Shown here: one piece after another, positions 28,380-36,457 of the stretch | Numbering within the stretch: the first letter of the stretch is position 1 | Layout: every line of letters starts with the position of its first letter | Assembly (NCBI GenBank): GCA_017432825.1 | Contig: JAFRIJ010000011.1 | Location: forward strand, 172,279-236,278 | From: Bacilli bacterium | GTDB taxonomy: Bacteria > Bacillota_I > Bacilli_A > RF39 > UBA660 | DNA: 64,000 bases | Reading direction: 5' to 3' | The notes under the pieces: generated by a model | The model's input: the letters and a program-made list of their open reading frames with translations, nothing else | Database searches by the model: none | Told to the model about the DNA's origin: nothing | Translations under genes and position numbers: made by a program

Positions 28380-30848
28380 ATGCAAGAAGAATTAAATGAT
28401 AAGAAAATAAGTGTAGATATTGTAGGAGAGATGAAGACATCTTTTCTAGATTATTCTATGAGTGTTATTGTAGCTAGAGCTATTCCTGATGTTAGAGATG
28501 GTTTAAAGCCAGTTCATAGAAGGGTTTTATATACTTTATATGAAGAAGGCATGACTCCTGATAAAAAATATCAAAAGAGTGCTAATGCTGTAGGTGCTGT
28601 TATGGGGCATTACCACCCTCATGGAGATTCTGCAATTTATGATACTATGGTTCGTATGGCACAAGATTTTACATATAGACATTGTTTAGTTGATGGTCAT
28701 GGTAATTTTGGTTCAATTGATGGTTTTGGAGCAGCTGCTTCTCGTTATACAGAAGCAAGACTTGCAAAAATATCTATGGAACTATTAAGAGATTTGCAAA
28801 AAGAAACTGTGGATTTTGACGATAACTATGATGGACAAAGAAAAGAACCGGTTGTTTTACCTAGTAGATTTCCTAATATTTTAGTTAATGGTAATATGGG
28901 AATTGCTGTTGGTATGGCTACTAATATTCCTCCTCATAATTTGGGAGAAGTTATAGATGCATGTGTTGCATATATTGATAATAATGAAATATCTGTTAAT
29001 GAATTAATGCAATTTGTTAAAGGCCCTGATTTTCCAACTGCGGGTATAATTCTTGGAAATAGTGGTATTAGAAGAGCATATGAAACAGGTAGAGGTGCTA
29101 TTACTATTCGTGGTAGAGCTGAAATTGAAGATCATCATGGAAAAGATAGAATAATTATTACAGAGCTTCCTTATCAAATTAATAAAAAAGCCTTAATTAC
29201 TAGAATTGGCGAGCTTGTTAGAGATAAGGTATTAGATGGTATTTCTAATTTAAGTGATGAGTCTGCTTTAGAAGGTATAAAGATTGTTATTGATGTTAAA
29301 AAAGAAGCTAATGCTAATGTTGTTTTAAATAATTTATATAAGCATACTCAGTTACAAACTTCTTATGGTATTAATTTCTTAATGTTAGTTGATGGAAAAC
29401 CTAGAACTCTTGGTTTGAAAGAAATAATTGAAAAGTATATTGAACATCAACGAAATGTTATTTATCGTAGATGTCAATTTGATTTAAGAAAATATAAAGA
29501 TAGATTACATATTTTAGAGGGATTAAAAATTGCTTTAGATAATATTGATAAAGTTATTAAAATTATTAGAGAATCTGAAACTGATGAAATTGCTCAAAAT
29601 GGTCTAATGAATGAATTTGGTTTATCTCAAGCACAAGCACAAGCAATCCTTGAAATGAGATTAAAGAGATTAACAGGATTAGAAAAATCTAAAATTGAAG
29701 ATGAAATTAACGAGTTGTTGCAATTAGTTTCTGAACTTGAAGATATTTTAGCTCATGAGGATAAGATTTTTGAAGTTATAAAGAAGGAAATGTTAGAAAT
29801 AAAAGAAAAATATGCTGATGAGAGAAGAACTTATATTGATATGTCTGCAATAGATTTTATAGATGATGAATCTTTAATTCCTGTGGAAAACTCAGTTTTA
29901 ACTATGACAAAGAATGGCTATATTAAGAGAATGGCTGTTGATACATATAGAACTCAAAATCGTGGTGGCGTAGGTGTTAAAGGTATGTCTACTAATGAAG
30001 AAGACTTTGTGGAAACTATAATTAATACAAGTTCTCATGATGATGTTATGTTCTTTACTAGTAAGGGTAGAGTATTTAGATTAAAAGGTTATGAGGTTCC
30101 TGAATATAGTAGACAATCTAAGGGAATTCCATTAGTTAATTTACTTAATTTAGATAAAGATGAACGTGTTACATCTATTTTAAAATTAAATAGGGAAGAA
30201 GATATTAAAGATTTAGTGTTTGCTACTAAATTTGGTTTAATTAAACGTACTCCTATTGAAGAATTTGATAAAATTAGAACTAATGGCAAAAAAGCTATTA
30301 CTTTAAAAGATAATGATGAGTTAATTGCAGTAAGAAAAACTAATGGTAATAATGAAATATTAATGGCATCAACTAATGGTAGAATGGTTAGATTTAATGA
30401 AGATTGTGTACGTGTTATGGGACGTTCTGCTAGTGGAGTTAAAGGAATTGACCTTAATGGTGGAATTCTTGTAAATATGGATGTTGTTAAGGATAATTGT
30501 GATGTATTTGTTATTACTAAGAATGGTTATGGTAAGAAAACACCAATTGAAGAATATCGTATTACTAATCGTGGTGGAAAAGGTGTTAAGACGTTAAATA
30601 TAACTGAGAAAAATGGAGATATAGTTTCGTTTAATGTTGTATCTGGTGATAATAAAGATTTAATGATTGTTACTGATGAAGGTGTAGTTATTCGAATTGA
30701 TATGTCACAGATATCTACTTTAAGTAGAGTTACTCAAGGTGTTAGACTTATTAATTTAAGAGATGGTCAATTTGTAAGTACTGTTGCAATTATCGATCGA
30801 GATGATTCTATATCTAGTGAGTCTAATGATAATATTGAAAATGTTTAA
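28380..30848 (+). CDS. gyrA: DNA gyrase subunit A
   Basis: Active-site region AMRYTEARL-like (AASRYTEARL); QRDR region HPHGDSAIYD; 822 aa. Confidence 0.97.
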   Translation: MQEELNDKKISVDIVGEMKTSFLDYSMSVIVARAIPDVRDGLKPVHRRVLYTLYEEGMTPDKKYQKSANAVGAVMGHYHPHGDSAIYDTMVRMAQDFTYRHCLVDGHGNFGSIDGFGAAASRYTEARLAKISMELLRDLQKETVDFDDNYDGQRKEPVVLPSRFPNILVNGNMGIAVGMATNIPPHNLGEVIDACVAYIDNNEISVNELMQFVKGPDFPTAGIILGNSGIRRAYETGRGAITIRGRAEIEDHHGKDRIIITELPYQINKKALITRIGELVRDKVLDGISNLSDESALEGIKIVIDVKKEANANVVLNNLYKHTQLQTSYGINFLMLVDGKPRTLGLKEIIEKYIEHQRNVIYRRCQFDLRKYKDRLHILEGLKIALDNIDKVIKIIRESETDEIAQNGLMNEFGLSQAQAQAILEMRLKRLTGLEKSKIEDEINELLQLVSELEDILAHEDKIFEVIKKEMLEIKEKYADERRTYIDMSAIDFIDDESLIPVENSVLTMTKNGYIKRMAVDTYRTQNRGGVGVKGMSTNEEDFVETIINTSSHDDVMFFTSKGRVFRLKGYEVPEYSRQSKGIPLVNLLNLDKDERVTSILKLNREEDIKDLVFATKFGLIKRTPIEEFDKIRTNGKKAITLKDNDELIAVRKTNGNNEILMASTNGRMVRFNEDCVRVMGRSASGVKGIDLNGGILVNMDVVKDNCDVFVITKNGYGKKTPIEEYRITNRGGKGVKTLNITEKNGDIVSFNVVSGDNKDLMIVTDEGVVIRIDMSQISTLSRVTQGVRLINLRDGQFVSTVAIIDRDDSISSESNDNIENV

Positions 30849-30856
30849 TATTTTTA

Positions 30857-30886
30857 AAAGAACTTTTATAGTTCTTTTTATTTTTG
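30857..30886 (+). terminator. Terminator after gyrA (AAAGAACT/AGTTCTTT plus T-run)
   Basis: 8-bp stem, 5-nt loop, TTTTATTTTT tail. Confidence 0.55.
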
Positions 30887-30893
30887 CCTTTGT

Positions 30894-31012
30894 TGTGGAA
30901 AACTCCTTTTTTGTTCTATAATCTGTTTTAAAAATTAAATTTTGCTTATATTTTATTACAAAATTTAATTTTTGAAATTTTATTTTAGTTTTTGCTTGTT
31001 ACTGTGGATAAT
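30894..31012. promoter_or_regulatory. Two additional DnaA boxes downstream of gyrA
   Basis: TGTGGAAAA at 30894-30902. Perfect TGTGGATAA at 31004-31012. Confidence 0.4.
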
Positions 31013-31039
31013 TTATTTTTATATATTATTATATTTCTT

Positions 31040-31625
31040 ATAAATAATATAATGTTTCACGTGGAACATTATATTTTTTTTATACTTTTATTTTTATATA
31101 TAAAATATGTAATATTAATATTTAATATATATTATGCAATTCATTATGTTTCACGTGAAACTATATTTTAATTAAATTCTAAAATATTCTTTTTATAATT
31201 AATAATTTTAATTAACTCTTTACTTTTTATATTTATTATTTTAATTTGATATATTTTCTGTATAATGTTTCACGTGAAACATTAAAATTTTTTATTTAAT
31301 TTTTTTATACTTTTTATTTTTATATAAAATATGTAATATTAATATTTAATATATATATTATGCGATTCATTATGTTTTACGTGGAACTATATTTTAATTC
31401 AATTCTAAAATATTCTTTTTATAATTAATAATTTGTAATTAACTCTTTACTTTTTATGTTTATTATTTTAATTTGATATATTTTCTGTATAATGTTTCAC
31501 GTGGAACATTAAAATTTTTTTATACTTTTTATTTTTATATAAAATATGTAATATTAATATTTAATATATATTATGCGATTCATTATGTTTCACGTGAAAC
31601 TATAAAATTATATTACTATTTTAAT
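31040..31625. repeat. Tandem direct repeat, about 213-227 bp unit with about 2.7 copies. Each unit carries two long palindromes built on CACGTG. X-type is TAATGTTTCACGTGRAACATTA (perfect 22-bp copy at 31263-31284). Y-type is ATGTTTCACGTGAAAC.
   Basis: X cores at 31052-31069, 31265-31282 and 31492-31509. Y cores at 31146-31161, 31372-31387 and 31585-31600. Units align with under 10% divergence. A TATAAT hexamer directly abuts each X palindrome. Confidence 0.8.
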
Positions 31626-31714
31626 ATTTATTGTGTATTTTTAAAAAATACAATAATTAATTTTTGGTAAGAATATATATGTAAAAAAATGAAAGTTGTA
31701 TTTTAGAAAATAGG

Positions 31715-31743
31715 TTGATTATTTATAATTTTAATGATATAAT
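31715..31743 (+). promoter_or_regulatory. Sigma-A promoter for the SRP RNA gene (TTGATT, 17-nt spacer, TATAAT)
   Basis: TTGATT at 31715-31720; 17-nt spacer; TATAAT at 31738-31743. Predicted TSS at about 31750. Confidence 0.55.
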
Positions 31744-31749
31744 TTGTTT

Positions 31750-31826
31750 GATGCAACAATAATGCTGTGGAACCAAGTCAGGATTGGAAGATAGCAGCTT
31801 TAACATAGTTTATTGTGTGCATCTTT
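31750..31826 (+). ncRNA. ffs: Signal recognition particle RNA (small 4.5S-type, about 77 nt)
   Basis: Conserved domain IV AAGUCAGGAUUGGAAGAUAGCAGC compares with E. coli AGGUCAGGUCCGGAAGGAAGCAGC. 5' GAUGCAACAAUAA pairs with 3' UUAUUGUGUGCAUC. A U-run terminator follows. Position upstream of dnaX is as in Bacillus. Confidence 0.7.
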
Positions 31827-31938
31827 TTTTTATATTATTAACCGAACGAACGTTTATTTATTTAGAGAAATATATTTTTATTGTTTATTTGTTTGCTTTT
31901 TTATGATATAATATTTTTAGTTTTAGGTAGGTGGTTTT

Positions 31939-33576
31939 ATGAGTTATTTAGCATTATATAGAAAATATAGACCGAGTTCTTTTGATGATCTTGTTGGGCA
32001 GCATGAAATTGCTACTATTATTAAAAATGAAATTTTAAATGATAGAATATCTCATGCTTATTTGTTTTCTGGTCCTCGTGGTACTGGTAAAACTTCTACT
32101 GCTAAGATTATTGCTAAAATGATTAATTGTCATAATTTGGGTATTGATGGTATTCCATGCGGTAAGTGTGAATCTTGTTTAAATGTTAATAATAATGATG
32201 TTGTTGAGATTGATGCTGCTTCTAATAATGGTGTTGATGAAATCAGGGAATTAAGAGATAAAGTTAATTTGGTACCTACTTATGGTAAATATAAGGTTTA
32301 TATTATAGATGAAGTTCATATGCTTACTACGCAAGCTTTTAATGCTTTATTAAAGACTTTAGAAGAACCTCCTAAACATGCGGTTTTTATTTTAGCAACT
32401 ACTGAATTTTATAAAATTCCTGCTACTGTAGTATCTAGATGCCAAAAATTTCAATTTTTAAAGTTTAATATTGATGATATTGTTGATAGATTAAAAAAAA
32501 TATGTAAGTTAGAGAAAATTAAAGTTAATGATGATATTTTGTATGAAATAGCTAGATTATCTGATGGTGGATTAAGAGATGCGATAAATATGCTAGATCA
32601 ACTTTCTTCATTTAAAGATGGTAAATTTGAATTAAATGATGTTTATAAATTAAATGGTGTTGTTTCTTTTGAAGATATTTCTAAATTAATTATATATATT
32701 CTAAATAATGATATTAAAAATATTGTTTTATTTGTGGATAATTTAAATAGATTAGGTATTAATTTAGATAAGTTTTTATATGATGTTGTAGATTATTTAA
32801 AAGATATTCTTATATATAAATCTATTTTGAATGATTCTTCTTATGGTGGTGTTAAACTTGAAAGTATTAAAAATATTTATAATTTGATTGATTATGAATT
32901 TTTATATAAATGTATTAATTCTTTTAATGACATATTAAATAAGGTTAGAAATTCTGGGTTCCCTATTATTGTTTTGACTACTAATTTAATTTGTTTATCT
33001 AATTCTTTTAAAAAAAGTGATTTTATTGTTAAAAATGATGAACTAGTTGTTGAAAAAGAAAAAAATTCTACTAATGATACTGTTATTGATAATGTTTCTA
33101 ATAATAAATTATTTATTGATAAAAAGGTTAGGATTAATAATACTTTTGCTACAGCGTCTAAGATTAATAAAGAAAATGTTGTTTCTAAATGGACTTTATT
33201 AAAAGAGAGTATTATTAATGATTCTAAATATAATTCTTTGATTGGAATTTTTGATGATATAGATGTTATGGCTGTTGGAGATAATAATATAATTTTGTCT
33301 GTTAAATATGATTCTTTATTAGATAGGATATATAATTATTTGTATGATTTTGAAGAATGTATTACTAATTTTTTTAGTAATAATTATAAAGTTGTTTTTC
33401 TTGCTAATGATGAATGGGAATTTGAAAAGAAGATGTATATTGATAATATTAAAAATGGGAAAAAATATACTTATATTGAAGAAGTTGTTGAAAAAAATGA
33501 TGATAATGTTTATACTAATAGTGATGTTGATAAACTTATTTCTATTGTTGGAAATGATGTTATTACATATAAATAA
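31939..33576 (+). CDS. dnaX: DNA polymerase III subunit tau/gamma
   Basis: AAA+ motif GPRGTGKTS; zinc module CGKCESC; RBS GGTAGGTGG; 545 aa. Confidence 0.95.
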   Translation: MSYLALYRKYRPSSFDDLVGQHEIATIIKNEILNDRISHAYLFSGPRGTGKTSTAKIIAKMINCHNLGIDGIPCGKCESCLNVNNNDVVEIDAASNNGVDEIRELRDKVNLVPTYGKYKVYIIDEVHMLTTQAFNALLKTLEEPPKHAVFILATTEFYKIPATVVSRCQKFQFLKFNIDDIVDRLKKICKLEKIKVNDDILYEIARLSDGGLRDAINMLDQLSSFKDGKFELNDVYKLNGVVSFEDISKLIIYILNNDIKNIVLFVDNLNRLGINLDKFLYDVVDYLKDILIYKSILNDSSYGGVKLESIKNIYNLIDYEFLYKCINSFNDILNKVRNSGFPIIVLTTNLICLSNSFKKSDFIVKNDELVVEKEKNSTNDTVIDNVSNNKLFIDKKVRINNTFATASKINKENVVSKWTLLKESIINDSKYNSLIGIFDDIDVMAVGDNNIILSVKYDSLLDRIYNYLYDFEECITNFFSNNYKVVFLANDEWEFEKKMYIDNIKNGKKYTYIEEVVEKNDDNVYTNSDVDKLISIVGNDVITYK

Positions 33577-33591
33577 GAGAGGATGATTAAT

Positions 33592-33888
33592 ATGAATATT
33601 CAAGCTTTGATGAGAGAAGCACAAAAAATGCAGAAAGATTTGCAAAAAACACAGGAGGAATTAGAAAATACTTTATATGAAGGAAATTCTTCTATTGTTA
33701 AAATTACTTTGAATGGTGCTATGGAAATGAAATCTATTTCTATTGATAAAAGTGATTTTGATAATGATGATTTAGAAATGTTAGAGGATATGATTTTAGT
33801 TGCATATAATGATGCTTTAAAGAAAGTTAATGATGATAAAAATAAGAAATTAAGTAAATATGGTAATGGTATACCTGGGTTGATGTAG
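33592..33888 (+). CDS. ybaB: Nucleoid-associated protein YbaB/EbfC
   Basis: Sequence MNIQALMREAQKMQKDLQKTQEELEN is the typical YbaB N-terminus. RBS GAGAGGA sits 8 nt before this ATG. Confidence 0.9.
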   Translation: MNIQALMREAQKMQKDLQKTQEELENTLYEGNSSIVKITLNGAMEMKSISIDKSDFDNDDLEMLEDMILVAYNDALKKVNDDKNKKLSKYGNGIPGLM

Positions 33889-33889
33889 T

Positions 33890-34486
33890 ATGTATCCTGA
33901 ATCTTTAAAAATATTAATTGATAATTTAAAAAATTTACCTGGTATTGGTTCTAAGACTGCTGAAAGACTTGCTTTTTGTATGATTGATTTTGATAAGGAT
34001 AAGCTTACTGATTTTTCTAATGCTATATCTAATGTTAGAGATAATATTAATAAGTGTGAAATATGTGGTAGTATAACTGATAATAAGGTATGTAATGTTT
34101 GTTTATCTAATAGCAGAGAAAAGAATATTATTTTAGTTGTTGAAAAAGCTAAAGATATTTATTTATTTGAAAAGTTGGGGATATTTAATGGTGTATATCA
34201 TGTTTTAAATGGTTTAATATCTCCTCTTGATGGAATTGGTCCTCAGGATATTACTATTTCTAAGTTATTAGATCGAATTAATAATGATAATATTACTGAA
34301 GTAATTCTTGCGTTAAAGCCTAGTATTGAGGGAGAAACAACTATGCAATATATTTCTCAGTTATTAAAAAGTAGTAATGTTATTGTTACTAAGATTGCTA
34401 CTGGTGTTCCAATGGGTACTGATATGGAGTATATTGATTCTTTAACTTTAGAAATGGCTATAGACGAGAGAAAAAATATGAACTAA
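33890..34486 (+). CDS. recR: Recombination protein RecR
   Basis: HhH, C4 zinc finger (CEICGSITDNKVCNVC) and Toprim domains; 198 aa. Confidence 0.95.
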   Translation: MYPESLKILIDNLKNLPGIGSKTAERLAFCMIDFDKDKLTDFSNAISNVRDNINKCEICGSITDNKVCNVCLSNSREKNIILVVEKAKDIYLFEKLGIFNGVYHVLNGLISPLDGIGPQDITISKLLDRINNDNITEVILALKPSIEGETTMQYISQLLKSSNVIVTKIATGVPMGTDMEYIDSLTLEMAIDERKNMN

Positions 34487-34522
34487 TTAATTTTACTAAT
34501 CATAATATTTATTGGTGATGTT

Positions 34523-34705
34523 ATGATTAATAAATTTTTTTTAGTTATAAGAAAAATTATTATTTCTGCTTTATTTATATATGGTTATGATTCTTTGATG
34601 TTATTTACTAATCATACTATTTCTATTAATAGTATTAATTTGCTATTTATAAGTTATTTTGGTATTATTGGTATGTTTTATTTAATTATTTTTTCTTTTA
34701 TATAG
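34523..34705 (+). CDS. Possible small two-TM membrane protein (60 aa); BofA-like by position only
   Basis: Hydrophobic ORF between recR and holB, where Bacillus encodes the small membrane protein BofA. No sequence signature confirmed. Confidence 0.3.
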   Translation: MINKFFLVIRKIIISALFIYGYDSLMLFTNHTISINSINLLFISYFGIIGMFYLIIFSFI

Positions 34706-34737
34706 TTTTGGTGGTGGTTATTGTGTTAGATGATTAT

Positions 34738-35688
34738 ATGGAAAGTCAAGATATTCCTTATACTTTACTTAAGAATTCTGTTGTTAATAATAAGCTTTCT
34801 CATGCTTATTTAATAGATGGTAGTAATTATGAAAAGGCTTTTGATTTTGTTATGGCTTTTGTTAAATTAATTGTTTGTAATAATCATTATTCTAATAATA
34901 ATTTGTGTTCTCAATGTAATATTTGTAAGAGAATTGATGATGGTAATTATACGGATGTAAAGATTATTGAATCTGATTCTTTAGTTATTAAAAAGGAACA
35001 ATTAATGGATTTACAAAATTCTTTTAGTTTAACTTCTCTTGAAGGAAATAAAAGAGTATATGTAATTAAAGATTGTGAAAAGATGAATAAGCAGGCGTCT
35101 AATAGTTTACTTAAATTTTTAGAGGAGCCTTGTGATAATATAATTGCTATATTATTTACTAATAATGTTAGTTCTTTATTATCTACTATTATTTCTAGGT
35201 GTCAGGTTATAAAACTAAATAATAATAAGGTATTTAATAATAAAGCTGTTTATAATTTTGCTTCTATTTTTTGTAGCAAGAAAGAAGATATTGATTTTTT
35301 TGTTAATGATGAATCTAAAAGTAAGATGATTGATGATGTTATTTCTTTTATTAAATATTATGAGGAAAATGGATTAGATAGTTTAATATATGTTAAAAAA
35401 TTATGTTATAATATTTTTTCATCAAGGGAGGATTCTCTTATGGGAATTAGTTTAGTTCTTAATTTTTATAATGATGTGTTAAGATATAAATTTGGTCTAG
35501 GTAATTATTTTTATCAAGAATATATATATTTAATAGAAGATATTTCTAATAGAAATTCTTTAAATAAAATTCTTAATAAAATAGAATTATGTTATAATAA
35601 ATATAGTGATTTGAAATATAATTTAAATGTTAATTTACTTATAGATGATTTAATTATTAGGATGGGTGAATGTGATGAATGTAGTTGA
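34738..35688 (+). CDS. holB: DNA polymerase III delta-prime subunit
   Basis: AAA+-like clamp-loader fold (LSHAYLIDGSNY...SRCQVIKL); zinc motif CSQCNICKR. The ATG at 34738 is preferred; the ORF-track TTG at 34708 is also possible. Confidence 0.8.
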   Translation: MESQDIPYTLLKNSVVNNKLSHAYLIDGSNYEKAFDFVMAFVKLIVCNNHYSNNNLCSQCNICKRIDDGNYTDVKIIESDSLVIKKEQLMDLQNSFSLTSLEGNKRVYVIKDCEKMNKQASNSLLKFLEEPCDNIIAILFTNNVSSLLSTIISRCQVIKLNNNKVFNNKAVYNFASIFCSKKEDIDFFVNDESKSKMIDDVISFIKYYEENGLDSLIYVKKLCYNIFSSREDSLMGISLVLNFYNDVLRYKFGLGNYFYQEYIYLIEDISNRNSLNKILNKIELCYNKYSDLKYNLNVNLLIDDLIIRMGECDECS

Positions 35689-36457
35689 GGTTAAATTTGA
35701 TGATACTAAAGATACTTCTTTTTTTAAAAACAATAAATTTGATTTAAAGGTTAATCTTACTGTAATTGTTAATAGTGATAGAGGATTTTTATTTGGGAAA
35801 GTTGTTAATATTATTAATGATATTGATAGATTTAAAAATGTTGAATTATATGACGTTGTAAGGATTTCTAATAAAAGGGATTATTTACAACATAAGAGTA
35901 ATATTGAAGATATGCCTAACGTACTTAAAAAGTGTCGTGAGCTGGTGAGTACGAGTGGTTTATCTATGAATATTTTGGATGGTAGTTATAATTTGGATAG
36001 AAGTCAATTGTTATTTAGATTTGTTGCTGATGAAAGAGTGGATTTTAGACAACTCGCTAAGGATTTAGGTTCTTTATTTAAGACTAGGATTGAATTAAGG
36101 CAAGTTGGGATAAGAGATAAAGCTAAAGAGATTGGTGGTATTGGTCCTTGTGGTAGGAAGTTATGTTGTAGTAGTTTTTTAAATTCTTTTGATAGTATTA
36201 CTATTAATATGGCTAAAACACAAGGGGTATCATTAAATCCTTCTAAGATTAATGGTGTTTGTGGAAGGCTTTTGTGTTGTTTAAAATATGAAAATGAAAA
36301 TTATAAGGAATTAAGAAAAGATTTACCTATTGTTGGTAAAAGAATTATGTATAATGGAGATAGTGTTAAGGTTATTTCTGTTGATGCTTTAAAAAGAAAA
36401 TATCGTATTGAGTTAGCAGATAAATCAATAATTGAAGTTGATGCTGATGAAGGTTAA
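35666..36457 (+). CDS. ricT: PSP1-domain protein RicT (YaaT)
   Basis: PSP1 C-terminal domain with Cys-rich motifs (GPCGRKLCCSSFL, GVCGRLLCCLKYE); conserved after holB. Confidence 0.85.
   Translation: MNVMNVVEVKFDDTKDTSFFKNNKFDLKVNLTVIVNSDRGFLFGKVVNIINDIDRFKNVELYDVVRISNKRDYLQHKSNIEDMPNVLKKCRELVSTSGLSMNILDGSYNLDRSQLLFRFVADERVDFRQLAKDLGSLFKTRIELRQVGIRDKAKEIGGIGPCGRKLCCSSFLNSFDSITINMAKTQGVSLNPSKINGVCGRLLCCLKYENENYKELRKDLPIVGKRIMYNGDSVKVISVDALKRKYRIELADKSIIEVDADEG

Noticed and set aside
31040-31625. Possible CRISPR array, because of regularly spaced palindromic repeats
   Set aside because: The repeat period is about 220 bp and the entire unit, including the inter-palindrome DNA, is itself repeated. 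There are no short unique spacers and no cas genes in the window. It is a tandem duplication carrying parS-like palindromes, not CRISPR.
31473-31670. 65-aa ORF inside the tandem-repeat array, with similar small ORFs at 21752-21964, 7319-7534, 7808-8068 and 16937-17149
   Set aside because: They are composed of repeat or intergenic AT-rich sequence with no RBS, and overlap oriC DnaA boxes or flanking genes. Considered non-coding.
31843-31860. CGAACGAACGTTT resembling a Bacillus LexA/Cheo box (CGAACN4GTTCG) upstream of dnaX
   Set aside because: There is a one-base mismatch in the second half-site. dnaX is not an SOS gene. The only S24 repressor here has an XRE HTH rather than a LexA DNA-binding domain. 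Likely chance.
30850-31940. rRNA operon expected downstream of gyrA by Bacillus synteny
   Set aside because: No 16S/23S-like conserved segments are present. The region is repeat DNA plus the SRP RNA.
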